Source: Mobula hypostoma (taxonomy: Eukaryota). From it: DNA of 64,000 bases. The notes beneath the pieces were generated by a model. The model worked only from the letters and a program-made list of their open reading frames with translations. It was not told the DNA's origin and ran no database searches. Both the position numbers and the translations under genes were made by a program. Position 1 is the stretch's first letter. The number at the start of each line of letters is the position of its first letter. Below are positions 26,287 to 40,235 of this stretch, one piece after another. The stretch covers positions 98,828,001 to 98,892,000 of the forward strand of contig NC_086104.1 in the NCBI RefSeq assembly GCF_963921235.1, given 5' to 3'.

Positions 26287-29034
26287 ATCTCAAGAGAGTG
26301 AATTTGTTGAATGCCTATGAGATGGCTTTTTGGAGCAGTTTATCATTGAGCCTACTAGGGGATCAGCGATACTGGTTTGGGTGTTATGTAATAAACCAGA
26401 GGCAATTAGAGAATTTAAGATAAATGAACCATTAGGAGACAGTGATCACAATATGATTGCACTCAATTTGAAATTTGATAGGGAGAAAGTAAAGTCTGAC
26501 ATAGCAGTATTTCAGTGGCATAAAGGAAATTATAGTGGTATGAGAGAGGAGTTGGCCAAAGTAAATTGGAAGGAGATGCTGGCAGGGGTGACAGAAGAGC
26601 AGCAATGGCTTAAGTTTCTGGAAAAAATGAGGAAAGGGCAGGATAGATGTATCCCAAAACAAAGAAATGCTGACCTGGTAAGATAGTACAACCATGGCTG
26701 ACAAGGGAAGTCGAAGCTAATGTAAAAGCAAAGGAGAGAGCATACAACAAAGCAAAAATTAGCGGGAAGATAGAGGATTGGGAAGTCTTAAAAATGTACA
26801 GAGAGCAACTAAAAGAATCATTAGGTGAGTCCCCATTTGGCAGCGTATGGAGTAAGACGTTTTTTGTCTCAGCTCCGTCTTTCACAACTTACTTTCCACT
26901 GTTAGATCCATTTCAAGTTTGAAGATTTATTATATTTGCTGAAGGATTTTACGAGTTAATTACAATGGCCTGAACTGAAACTCTTCCTGAGCTGCAACAG
27001 AGAAATCAGAGGAAGTTTCTACTTCAGAAAGAATGCTCTCTTTAATAGAAGCTATTAATGTGAAGATTGGTACGCTGGATACCAAAATGGATGAATTGAC
27101 GAAAGCTAATGAATTGTTTGAAAAAAACCATCATTGCTATTCAGGAGTCTTTGAAGAATTTGGAAGATTGATATCAGACGCTTAAGCAGAGTACTCACAG
27201 AATTGAAAGGGAATTTAAATTAATGGATCAATCCATTAAGGAACAGAATTTGAAGGTGTCTTTTATGGAAAAGAAAATTAATGAGAATACTTCAGAATTA
27301 TCAAGAATTAAGAAGAAAACGATTGATTTGGAAAGCAGAAATCGCAGGATGAATCTACGTATACTGGGTTTGCCTGAAAATACGGAAACCGGTGAGCCAC
27401 TGAAGTTTTGTTCGAACATATTGTATTCACTTTTTAGAGACAATCTCAAAGCCTGTCTGATATTGGACACAGCCCACTGAATTCAGCATTTTAAATCATC
27501 AGCCGAAATTAAACCACGTCCTGGAATTCTCTGTTTGCATTATTTTACAACCAAAGAAGCTATTCTTATGAATGCAAGGAAAAGGGATAAGCTAATCTGT
27601 AATGAAGTTCAGATTCATATAGTGGAAGATTTTGCCCCAGAGACCTATGCCAAAAGAATTAAATATCAGGAAGTGATGACGGAATTTTTTAAAATGACCT
27701 GTCACCGTCACTGCGTTACCCGGCTCGTCTGATGATTACTCCACCCAATGCTCGTCCAAAATGGATTGACTCTCCAGAACATGTTTGGAAATTTATAAAA
27801 GAGTTTAAGTCCACTTCATAAGCAATTTGAAAAGTTGATCCTTAGCTGGGAGTAGTTTGTAACGCCATTGATGAAAGTCCGCTCTTCGTTTTATCAATGT
27901 TCGAATACGGACATGGTTAACTTACTTAGCTCTGTTGTTGTTTGCTTTAACAATTCATGTAGTTCTGAATTTAACACATATATTTTTACTTATTTTTTCC
28001 TTGATTTAAGTTTTTACTATTAGTCGTAGTATATATTGGTTGATTGGATTTATCCTTTTGTTTGAATACATGGCTGTGTATATTAAATGGATTTAAGATG
28101 GCCATCGTTAATTCGGTCTTAACTACCGTTAGACATAATATGAAAATATTTGGAATTTGTTTACTTCTTTATGTATTCTTTTTATGTCTTTTTGGTGGTG
28201 GTAATTTTTAAGTTTGTAAATGGAGCTGCCAACTGGAGACCCGGGTTTCGGGTCAGTAGATTAGCATGTCGTTCACCTGTTGGACGGTTTCTGGGCTTTT
28301 GGGGGAGTTGGGTGGGTCTATTAGGTCAGTTGTTTTTCGACTGGGCAGTCCTGAAGGGTTTTTCTTTGTCGATAATCTTGCTTTTCTTTCTGATCGAGTC
28401 AAGCTTCACCCGTTCTTCTGATTTAGGCTGCGCCTGCACGTTAGATTACTTTATAAAATTTTTTAATTGAATTTTAAATATGGATCTTAACAAAATTAAT
28501 GTAATATCTTGGAATTTAAATGGTGTGAACCAAGCTATTAAGCGCAGAAAGATTTTTAAGAAATTAAAAACACTTCATGCAGATATTTTTGCGCAGGAGA
28601 CGCACATCCGTAGACAAGATGAAAATCGCTATTTTAAATTTTGGATGGGACCCTTATTTCATTCTTTATCAGTAAATAAAATAAGGGTATCTATTTTTAT
28701 TAATTCTAAAATCCCTTTTGTTCATTTTAATACTGTTACTGATTTAATTGGAAGATACTTAATTGTTACTGGTTTGTTGTGTGGTCAAAAAGTGGCTTTG
28801 GTATGTGTATATGCACCTAATGTAGACAGCCCTGATTTTTTCAAGAAGCTATTTTCTGTACTGCCAAATTTAAATAAATGTAAGTTGATTATGAGTGGCG
28901 ACTTTAACTATTGTCTTAACCCATTGATTGACAGATCGTCCACCAATCCGTCTCTTCCTAATAAAGCTGTGACATGTATTAATTCTTTTTTATTAGAATA
29001 CGGTCTGGTCGACATTTGGAGATTTAAATTTCCT

Positions 29035-29441
29035 TGGTGCTCGGAGTCGGAGGGCTAGTCGGAGACTCGAAGTTTTCAGACGGACTCAGAGTCAGACTGT
29101 GGTCAGGTGCTTCCAGGATGCTGCATTGGCAAGTTTGCAGCGCTGGAAACTCATAACAGGAAGAGTTTTCTTCCTTGTACCGTCTGCGTGAGACGTTGGG
29201 ACTATCGGGACTTTGAGACTTTTTTTTACCATGCCCATGGTCTGCTCTTATCAAATTATGGTATTGCTTTGCACTGTTGTAACTATATGTTATAATTACG
29301 TTGTTTTTGTCAGTTTTAGTCTTGGTCTGTCTAGTGTTTCTGTGATATCATACCAGAGGAACATTGTATCATTTTTTAATGCATGCATTTCTAAATGACA
29401 ATAAACGAGGACTGAGTGTCCTCATAATCTAATAATCTAAT
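29035..29441 (+). mobile_element. 5'-truncated copy of the short non-coding retroposon at 42655-43345, inserted in L1 ORF2
   Basis: Shares the 3' ~400 bp and the tail aataaacgaggactgagtgtcctcataatctaat. Confidence 0.85.
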
Positions 29442-31203
29442 TTTTTTCTTGGATACGCGATTGGTGCCCTCTGTTGTTGAGTGTGCCTATGATGTGATTG
29501 CGTTGTCAGATCATGCACCTATGAAACTAGCTTTGGAATTCTCTGATAATATTCACATACCTCAGTGGAGATTTAATATTTCATTGTTGCAAGATTCAAC
29601 TTTTGTAAATTTTATTAAAGAACAAATTTCTTTATTTTTTTGAATTGAATATAACTGAGAGAATGTCAAATTTGGTTATTTGGGATACAATGAAATCTTT
29701 TCTTAGGGGACAGAATTTCAAATTCAGTAGGTTCAAGAAGGAAAACTAAGGTGGAACTTTTGCTGATCACTAATAGGATTAAAGAAATAGATAAACTCTA
29801 TTCAGTAATGCCTAGTGAAGATCTCTTTAAGGAAAGGGTGGAACTCCAAGCACAACATATTTGCTTTTGACTTTTCCCATTGAACAGCAACTTTTAAAAT
29901 CCAAAAGCCAATTTTATATACATGGACACAAATCAGGCAAATTATTAGCTGGTCGGTTAAAAGCAAGTATGGCTGGAAGACAGATCCTGAAAATAAGAAG
30001 ACCTGATAAAACTGCAGCGGTAGATCCTTATGAAATTAATAAGATATTTATGGATTTCTACTCTAATATCTATGAGTCTGAATTTTCAGCTAATATTACC
30101 TTTATGAATAGTTTTTTTGCAAAAAGTGAATATACCTAAAATCTATATTCAAGATATGAACACATTAGATGCACCTATTAAACAAGAGGAAATAGCAAGG
30201 GCTATATCCTCTCTTCAATCAGCTAAGGCTCCGGGACCGGATGGATATACAGTGGAATTTTATAAGACTCTTACTGATATACTTGTACCTCATTTATGTC
30301 AAATTTTCACTGACTCTATATCCTCTGGGACTCTCCTGAAAACTTTCTATGAAGGTTCAATCTCTTTAATTCCGAAAAAAGATAAAGATTTATCTGAATG
30401 CGCCTCTTTAGACCAATTTCTCTATTGAACATGGATTTTAAAATTCTCTCTTAAGAGTTTGGCAAAAAGACTTGAGAAGATCTTACCTACTGTTATTTCT
30501 AATGACCAAACTGGATTTATTAAAAATAGATATTCATATTTTAATATTTGAAGATTATTAAATATTATTCACTCTTCTCCGTCTAAAGAGTCTGAATGTG
30601 TTGTTTCTCTTGATGCAGAGAAAGCTTTTGATAGGGTGGAGTGGTCTTACTTGAGGTTTTGGAAAGATTTAATCTTGGCCCGGGATTTATTTCCTGGATC
30701 AAATTGATCTATCATACTCGTATGGCTGCTGTTATAACTAACAATCAAAAATCTCCCTATTTTAGATTACATAGGGGTACTCGACAGGGATGCCCTCTCA
30801 GCCCTTTATTATTTAACTTGGCCTTAGAACCCATTGTTATTGCTCTTAGAGCTTCTAACACTGTTCAGGGTATTAAGAGGGGAAAAAGTACACAAGGTTT
30901 CGTTATATGCAGATGACCTGTTAGTTTATATTTCAGATCGTAGGAAATCTATTCCTTCTATGTTATCTATATTTTCTGAATTGAGTAGTTTTTCTGGGTA
31001 TAAATTAAATTTACATAAATGAGTTATTTCCTATTAATAATTACTCAGATCTAAATTATCAAATACCTTTTAGTATTGCTAAAAATTACTTTACCTATCT
31101 TGGTATTAAAATTACTAAATATTTTAAGGATCTCTATACATATAATTTTTTCCCATTAATTGGCTACACCAAACAAATGCTTTCTAAATGGTTGCCTATG
31201 ACA

Positions 31204-32740
31204 TTACTTTACTTTATACTTTATTGTCGCCAAACAATTGATACTAGAAAGTACAATCATCACAGCGATATTTGATTCTGCACTTCCTGCTCCCTGGATT
31301 ACAAATATTAAATATTAAAAATATTAAAAATTTAAATTATAAATCATAAATAGAAAATAGAAAACTGGAAAGTAAGGTAGTGCAAAAAAACTGAGAGGCA
31401 GGTCCGGATATTTGGAGGGTACGGCCCAGATCCGGGTCAGGATCCTTTCAGCAGTCTTATCACAGTTGGAAAGAAGCTGTTCCCAAATCTGGCCGTACAA
31501 GTCTTCAAGCTCCTGAGCCTTCTCCTGGAGGGAAGAGGGACAAAAAGTTTGTTGGCTGGGTGGGTCGTGTCCTTGATTATCCTGGCAGCACTGCTCCGAC
31601 AGCGTGCGGTGTAAAGTGAGTCCAAGGACGGAAGATTGGTTTGTGTGATGTGCTGCGCCTTGTTCACGATCTTCTGCAGCTTTCTTCGGTCTTGGACAGG
31701 ACAACTTCCGTACCAGGCTGTGATGCACCCTAGAAAAATGCTTTCTACGGTGCATCTATAAAAATTAGTGAGGGTTTTAGGGGACAGGCCAAATTTCTTT
31801 AGTTTTCTCAGGAAGTAAAGGTGCTGGTGGGCCTTCTTGGCAGTGAACTCTGCTTGGTTGGACCAAGTCAGGTCATTTGTGATATTGATCCCAAGGAACT
31901 TAAAGCTTTTGACCTGTTCCACTTGCGCACCACCAATGTAAATAGGGTTGTGTGGTCCGCTACTCCTTCTAAAGTCAACAACCAATTCCTTCATCTTGCT
32001 GACGTTGAGGGATAGGTTATTGTCTTCGCACCATGCCACCAGGTTCTTAATTTCCTCTCTGTACTCAAACTCATCATTACCCGAGATACAGCCTACAATT
32101 GTTGTGTCATCAGCAAACTTATATATTAAGTTTGATGGAAACTTGGCTACACAATCATGGGTGCACAGTGAGTACAGCAGGGAGCTGAGTACACAGCCTT
32201 GTGGAGCACCGGTGCTCAGAGTGATTGTAGAGGAGAGCTTGTCCCCTATTTTTACAGCCTGGGTCCTGTCTGTGAGGAAGCTGAAGATCCAGCTGCAGAT
32301 CTGAGTGCTAAGGCCCAGGTTCCAGAGCTTAAGAATCAGTTTATTTGGAATGATGAAATTAAAGGCAGAGCTGTAGTCAATGAAAAGGAGCCTTACGTAT
32401 GCGTCTTTATTCTCCAGGTGTTCTAAGGAGGAATGTAGGGCCAGAGAGATGGTATCTGCCGTTGACCTGTTGCTCCAGTAGGTGAATTACAAAGCATCGA
32501 GGTTGATTGGTAGGCTGTGGTTGATGTGTGCCATAACTAATCTCTCAAAGCACTTCATAGCAATCGATGTCAGAGCCACAGGTCAATCGTCATTTAGGCA
32601 TGCCACCTTGCTCTTCTTCGGCACTGGGATTATTGTTGCCTTCTTAAAACACGAGGGGATCTTAGACTGAAGCAAGGAGCAGTTGAAGATGTCAGCAAAC
32701 ACTCCAGCTAGCTCGCTTGCATAGGCCTGGAGAACCTATC
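31204..32740 (-). mobile_element. Rex1/Babar LINE 3' fragment nested in L1
   Basis: [23 protein letters not shown]...[10 protein letters not shown]...FYRCTVESI; short-repeat tail (taaag)n. Confidence 0.9.
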
Positions 32741-35419
32741 CTTATCATTAATAGGTCAAATTAATGCTATTAAAATTATAGTTTTACCGAAATTTTTATA
32801 TATATTTCAGGCAGTTCCTTCTTTTGTTCCTAAAATTTCTTCGACAGAATAGATTCTATAATTTTATCTTGTATTTGGAACAATAAAATCCTAGATTGAG
32901 TAAACCATTATTACAGAAATTAAAAAAGGATGGTGGTATGGCTTTGTCTAACCTTAGAATGTACTATTGGGCAATTAATATTCAATATATTACTTTTTGT
33001 ATTCACTATTCAGATATACATTAATGTCCTTCATGGTTGGATCTAGAGGTAAAAGTGGTGAAAGGATTCTCTTTGGCCTCTTTACTGGGAGTGCCTCTTC
33101 CCCTTTTGTTTTCTAAGATTAGCAGACAAGAATTTAATCCCATTATTAAACATACATTAAGAATTTGGTTTCAGTTTCGTAGATTTTTTGAGTTAAATAA
33201 TTTTATTCTTTCTAGTAATATCCATCTCAATTATGTTTTAAACTATCAATTTTGGATAAGGCCTTTTTAATTTGGAAAACCAAGGAAATAACAACTTTTT
33301 CAGATTTGATTTTAGGGGACTGTTTAATGTCTTTTTCTCAGTGAATAAATATGATTTATCTAATGTACACTTTTTTAGATATTGACAAATTAGGATTTTT
33401 TACATGATTTGTTACCAAATTACCCTCCTGCTTATCTACCTAATATGACAGATGTTCTCTTTCAGTTTAACCCATTTCAAAAAGGGTTGATAGCTATAAT
33501 CTATAAACGGTTTTTGAGTTCACAAATTATGTCTAATGATAAAATTAAACGCGCTTGGGAATCGGAACTTCAAGAGTCATTTTCAGATAATCAATGGAGT
33601 AAAATTTTTCATTCGGCTAACAACTCATCTATTTTTGCCCGTCATTGCTTGATACAGTTCAAGGTAGTGCATCGGGCCCATGTGTCAAAGGATAAACTAG
33701 CGCGTATTTTCTCTAATATTAATCCTATTTGTGGCAGATGTAATATTGAGTGGCCACTTTAACTCATTTGTATTGGTCTTCTATAAAGCTAGATAACTTT
33801 TGGAGAGACGTTTTTAAAACACTATCAAAAGTTTTGGATCTGGATCTACAACCTAATTTGCTAACGTCAATTTTTGGGATTATCCCATCGGAAGCAGGAA
33901 ATATTCTTGTTTCCACTCAATGTATGATAGTTTTTTTGACCTTACTGGCTAGGAGAGCCATTTTATTGAAGTGGAAGGATTCTAATCCACCGACTGTCTT
34001 TTATTGGCTCTCCTCCATTTTGTCCTGTTTAAGTTTAGAGAAAATAAGAAGTGGGACATTTGATACATCCTTTAAATTTGAGCAAATATGGCAACCTTTT
34101 ATCCAATATTTTCATTTAATTTGATTTATTACTCTTTCAATCTTTTGTTTCAAAGTCTTAGATTTGATCAGAAGGTCTTCCTTTCTTTCTTTTTGGTCGT
34201 ATCCTCAAAATGGACTGCCCAGTTCCTCTTTTTTTTTGTTTTGTTTTGTTTTTTTTATATAGTGTAGTGGGGGTTTCTTTTCTTTTCATTTAAAACCCAA
34301 TGTTTTTTCCTTTCTCTTCATAAACTAGTAAGAGGAGAATTGTTATTTTCATTTTTAAAATTATATATCTTATACTAGTTTAACAATATCTATGATTTTG
34401 ACAATGTCTATCTTAATCTTGGTTTATACTGTTACTGATATATATATTTGAACTAATTCTCCTCTTGATTGTATTTATGCATTTTTAAAATCAATAAAAA
34501 GATTAATAAAGTAAAGTAAAGAATCATTGGGGGGGAAGATGAAATATCAAAGCAAGTCAGCAAACAATATCAAGGTGGATAGAAAAAGCTTTTCAAGTAT
34601 ATAAAAAAAATAAGAGAGATGAGAGTGGATACTATTACAAGGGAGAAGGTGCTCAAAATGCTGAAAGACCTAAAGGTACACGAGTCTCCCAGATCAGATG
34701 GATTTTACCCAAGGGTTCTGAAAGAGGTAACAGTAGAGATTGTAGAGGCATTAGTAATGATCTTTCAAGAATCATTGGACTCTGGCATGTCTCCAGAGGA
34801 CTGGAAAATTGCAAATGTCACTCCACTCTGTAAGAAATGAGGGAGGCAGCAGAAAGGAAATTATAGGCCAGTTAGCCTTAGCTCAGCGGTTGGGAAGACA
34901 TTGGAGTCATTGCTAAATGTGATGTTATGGAGTACTTGGTGACACAGGACAGGATAGGACAAAGTCAGCATGGTTTCCTAAAGGGAAAACCATGCCTAAC
35001 GAAGCTGTCGGACTTCTTTGAAGAAATTACAAGTAGGATAGAGAAAGCGGATGCTGTGGATGTTATATATTTGGATTTTCAGAAGGCCTTTGACAAGGTG
35101 CCACACATAAGAATACTTACCAAGATAAGAACCCATAATATTACAGGAAAGTTACTAACATGGTTAAAGCATTGGCTAATTGGTAGGAGACAATGAGCAG
35201 GAATAAAATAATTCTTTTCTGGTTAGCTGCCAGAGACCAGTGGTGTCCTGCAGGAGTCGGTGTTGGGAACACTTCTTTTTATGCTGTATATAAATGATTT
35301 ACATGTTGGAATAGATGGCTTTGTTGCCAAGTTTTCAGATGACACAAAGATTGGTGGAGGGGCAGGTAGTGTTAAGGAAACGGGAGGGCTTCAGAAGGAC
35401 TTAGACAGATTAAGAGAAT

Positions 35420-35840
35420 ACTTCATACTTTATTGTCGCCGAACAATTGATACTAGAGCATACAACCATCACAGCAATATTTGATTCTGCACTCCGCGTT
35501 CCCTGGAGTACAAATCGATAGTAAATATTAAGAATTTAAATTATAAGTCATAAATAGAATAAATAAATAAAAAGAAAGCTGGTGGGCTTTCTTGGCAGTG
35601 CACTCTGCTTGGTTGGACCAAGTCAGGTCATTTGTGATATTGACCCCAAGGAACCTAAAGCTGTTCCACTTGCGCACCACCAATGTAAATGGGGTCGTGC
35701 GGTCTGCTACTCCTTCTGAAGTCAACAACCAATTCCTTCGTCTTGCTGACGTTGAGGGATAGGTTATTGTCTTCGCACCATGCCACCAGGTTCTTAGTTT
35801 CCTCTCTGTACTCAAACTCATCATTATCCGCAATACGGCC
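35420..35840 (-). mobile_element. Rex1/Babar fragment (same family as 31204-32740, internally deleted)
   Basis: Near-identical sequence and tail; [23 protein letters not shown]. Confidence 0.88.
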
Positions 35841-38535
35841 TATGGGCAAGAAAGTGCCAAATGAAATACAATGTTGGAAAATGCATGGTCAGGCATGCGC
35901 GTAGTGGAAATAAATGTGCAGACTATCATCTAAATAGGGAGAAAATCCAACAATCCAAGATGCAAAGGGACTTGGGAGTTCTTGTGCAGAACACCCTAAA
36001 GGTAAAGTTACAGGTTGAGGCAGTGGCAAGGAAGGCAAATGTAATGTTAGCATTCATTTCAGGAGGTCTAGAATACAAAAGCAGGGACGTGATGCTGAGG
36101 CTTTATAAGTCACTGGTGAGACCTCACCTTGAGTACTGTGAACAGTTTGGGCTCCTCATCTAGGAAAAGATTGGCCATTGAATCAAAGGTTATGGAGAGA
36201 AGGCCAGGGAGTGGGCTGAGGAGGGAGAAAAAGAGGATCAGCCATGATTAAATGGCGGAGTAGACAAGAAGGGGCAAATGGCCTAATTCTGCTCTTATGT
36301 CTTATGTCTGATGTCTGACATTTCACACAGAAGGATATGTGGAGAAAGCTGTAGAGGTAGATATATTTACAATATGTGTAAATTACATCTGGACAGGTAC
36401 ATGGATAGGAAAGATCTGGAGTGCAGTAGTCCAAATGAATGCAATTGGGTGTAGTTGAGTTTGGCAGCTTGGTCAGCATGGATGAGTTGGGCCAAACCAC
36501 TTAAAAACAGGAAAAAAGGGAGAGTAACCAAAATCCAGGAACAAATGCATCATGAATGGCAACGTCCAAAAAAGCAAATCCACAGTCACGCTGATCAGTC
36601 CTGGCAACATGGATCCCGAGCCCCTTCACTTTTCTCTGAAAGCAATGAGAGAGAGAGAGAGGAAGACAAGTCAAAACAGCAAATGGCACTGAACACCTGC
36701 CTGTTCTCTGCTCTTGTCTTTGTCAGCTTCAAGCTTGCTCGATGACTCAATAAGAGAGAAACAATGGAGTCAATCATGGGCTCCAGGCTGTCAGGCCTCT
36801 AGGCCACACTCTCTGTCCCAAACCTCATCGAACTTCCTCACAGACACCAAAGTGCCAGATCACTCAATTGGCCCAAAAACACAACACCAAAGTGTAAATC
36901 ACAGGTTCCAATCGCATACGGCTTCGTAGTAGAATCATCTTTGAAGGTGGTAGTAAAGGAAGTAGTTTTGTGAACTATTAGTGGGATGTTGCTGTTGATC
37001 ACGTTGTTTGCTGGTGACATGCTGGAGCAGCAATCAGGCTTGCTGTGGTGACCAGAACAGGACACACTGCACCAGTTCTGTGTTATCTGTGAGCTTGGAA
37101 CCCAGCACCTATCCCCGCCATCTACCACTGATCACAGATATCTTGTCTCAGAAGCCACAGTCCACCATCACGCTTAGTGTCACAAGTCTATCTGTTAATA
37201 TGGTAACTGGGATGTTATTTTTACAGTTGTACATGATGTTGGTGAGGCCACAACTAGAGTATTGGGTACAGTTTGGTTACAATGTTATAGGAAGGACACC
37301 ATTTACATGGGGAGAGTGCAGAGGATTTATGAGAATATTGCCAGAAAAACAGAGACTGACCTTTAGGGTCAAGTTGGACAAGCAAGGGCTTTATTCCATG
37401 GAGCACGGGAGACTGACTGCTGACCTTATTGAGCTGTATAAGAACACAAGTGGCACCGTGGTTGTTCTGTCATTCTTCCTAGGGTAAGGGGTTGAAAGAC
37501 TAGAGAAAATAGTTTAAGGTGAGAGGGGAAAGATTTAAATGGGATCTCAGTGACAGCCTACTGACACAGGTGGTGGTGGCTACATGGAACAAGCTGTCAA
37601 AGGAATTGTTGAGGCTGACACAATAACATTCAAACAATATTTGGAAAAGTACATAGAAGTACAGAGATGGGTTTGGGGGCCAAATGTAGGCAAATGGGAC
37701 TGCCTAGATGGATATCTTGATCAGCATAAATTGGATGGGTGCAATGGCCACCCCCCCCCCAGCACTACTAATAACTACACATGCACATTGATCTGTTGTC
37801 CCTCTCTCTCCAAATTGAGTACATCAGTTAAACTGACCTCCGCATGCATTCTTTTATTTAATTGATATGTAGTTCTACAGACACAACAAGTACAAAGGAT
37901 CTTGGCAGTTCTCATCTAGGATTCACTAAAGGTTAACATGCAGCTTGAGTGGTTGGTAAGGAAGGCAAATGGAATGTTAGAATTGATTTCAAGAGGAGTA
38001 GAATATAAAAGCAAAGATGCAATGCCAAGATTTATTAGGCATTGGTCAGACCGTACTTGAAGTAATGTGAGCAGTTTTGGCCCATTTATCTAAGAAAGGA
38101 TACGCTGGCACAGCCTCAGAACAGAGGAGCATCCATTTAGAACAGAGGTGAGAAAGAATTTCTTCAGCTAGAGGGTGGTGAATCTGTGGAATTCAATGCC
38201 ACAGGTGCCTGTGGAGGCCAAGTCCAGACTGCAATGTCTTTCTCTTCAGTGAGTTCAGCTGAGAACAATGTATTGCAGTCCATATCCTCTGGCCCACAGA
38301 CAGGTTAACACTTTGATCCCTAATGCTGGGTGTGTACAGGCCTGTGTGTTCACTGCACGGTGTGGAGAGTTTTGTAGGTCTCTGTCCTTACGGTGAAGGA
38401 CAATGTTGGAAAGTTCATTGTCCGAGTGGAACATTGCTGACTGTTTCTGGACAATGCAGTGTGGTGTGTTTTCATTGATTCCTGTCAGTTCTCTACTGGG
38501 ATGTAGAGGTCACACGGTGCAGTATGTTACCTGTC

Positions 38536-40145
38536 ACTTTGTAAAAACATTTCTGCGGGCTTCCAAGTAAACTGGAATATTACTAATTATAGATTGAGTA
38601 CAACCTTTAAGAGGAAACAATTCACATTTGTGAATATTTAAACAGAGGCCCGAGGCTTTAGAAAAAAACGAAATACAATTTAAAGCCAATAAAATTTCTG
38701 AAATATCATTTAAGAAGAGTTGTATCATCTGCAACCTGACTAATCAGAAAAGAGGAGAGAAATTGTGTTTGTAAGTCAAAGACCAAAGCATCTGTTTATG
38801 AAACTAAGATAAACGGAGAGGAACTTTGTCTATTTTGTAATTACATAAAAGAAAAAATTTCAATCCACCAACCTGGGAAAAGACAAAAGAAGGAATACAA
38901 CTCCATATAGAAGTAGGATTACATAAAAAAATTTTAATCCAATAGACAAAGTTCCTCTCCGTTTATCTCAGTTTCATAAATAGATGCTTTTATCTTGATC
39001 TTTGAGTTACAAACACAATTTCTCTCCTCATAGTTATTTTATCTGGAATAACCACAACATAACTTATAAGAATAAATCTTTGTTTTATAAAGGTTGGTTT
39101 GATAATAATATTTCATTAGTTTAAGTTATTTAATTCAAGCAGTACTTTATTGAGTTATACTGAGTTTTTATCCACCTTTGAATTTCCTGTGACTCCAAAG
39201 GAATTTGCTGTTGTCATGGATGCAATTCCCTCTGGTGTAATTATGTTGTTTAGAAATACATCATATTCAGTAGTTGAATTACCCAGCTTGGATCCATCCA
39301 GTACAGCTGTAGGAAAGATTTGTTTTCCTCTGTCTTTTAAAAAAAATAACAGAAGCATTAAAAAGTTTGTTTCAAAAAGACATTACTTCTAATCCTACGG
39401 CTGCTAGTTTTTGGAATAGTCGCTTGGGGAATCTGAGGTGGAGTATTTGGGGCTTATTTAATAAATTTTTATTGAGGAATAAAATTAAAGAAATTTCATT
39501 TAAAATTGTACATAAATATTATCCAACCAATGTTTATTTGACAAGGTTTAATTCTGATATTCAAACTAACTGTTCTTTTTGTGGTTTATATCCAGAGGAT
39601 TTATTTCATCTGTTTTGGGATTGTGAATATGTTAAAACATTTTGGTTTGATGTTTGTCAATTTATAGATCAATATATTAATTTGGATTTTACTTTTTGTT
39701 TTGAATATGTTTTATTTGAGTTTACTAATAATACCAAATCTCATAGGGATCATTTATCATAAATCTTTTGTTAATTTACAGCAAATTTTATATCCATAAA
39801 TGCAAATACAGCAATAAGAAACTTTCATTTATATTTTTTACGTCAGACTTCAAACTATACATTAATATTCTGAAAACTTCCCATAACCAGAAAGCTGTAA
39901 AGACTGTACAAATTTGTCAACGTTTCAGGTTATTTCTGTAAATGTTTTTGTTTTGTGACTCCTTTTAGATATAGTTCCTTCTGTCCAACAGTATTTAGAG
40001 TGGTTTTCTTTTTTGTTTGTATATTTAAAGTTAATAGTTATATAATTGCTGCTGCTTATGTTTGATTCCCTGGCTTTGTTAGCATATGTTTAGTGTTTTT
40101 GTTTGTGTTCAATAAAAATTAAAATTGATTAAAAATATTTTTTAA
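38536..40145 (+). mobile_element. Tx1-clade (L1 group) LINE 3' part with inverted 5' segment
   Basis: Plus strand: IDKVPLRLSQFH..YKHNFSPH..IWNN, IKEISFKIVHKYYP..CSFCGLYPEDLFHLFWDC, AATAAA 40111 and decayed A-tail. Minus strand at 38536-38900: RT piece FSKASGLCLNIHKCELF. Confidence 0.8.
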
Positions 40146-40235
40146 AAGTACACCAGCTGCAAGTGAAACTCCACAGAGCAGTGACTAAACACAACGGCTC
40201 TTTTAACAGCCACTCGATGTCTCGATGAAAGAATT
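40146..40235 (+). pseudogene. H2B 3' remnant with damaged stem-loop
   Basis: aag tac acc agc tgc aag tga (KYTSCK*; 20/21 nt match to 7136-7156); caacGGCTCTTTTAACAGCCactc at 40196-40211 (one stem mismatch); gaaaga HDE. Confidence 0.9.

Larger units (their letters stand above)
26823..34517 (+). mobile_element. Full-length decayed L1 LINE (ORF1 ~27000-27830, ORF2 28480-34124)
   Basis: ORF1 IDLESRNRRMNLRILGLPE; ORF2 ISWNLNG (APE), KAPGPDGYTVEF, RGTRQGCPLSPLLF, LYADD, C-terminal Cys motif; TSD aaagaatcatt (26812-26822 / 34518-34528). Confidence 0.92.
21240..36310 (+). mobile_element. Old CR1 LINE split by nested insertions (pieces 21240-21460, 26291-26822, 34518-35420, 35840-36310)
   Basis: The CR1 ORF2 reading continues across each insertion: endonuclease (EPTRGSAIL..GDSDHNMI), RT (QHGFLKGK, YLDFQKAFDKVPH, FSDDTKIG) and 3' tail at ~36300. 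Confidence 0.85.
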
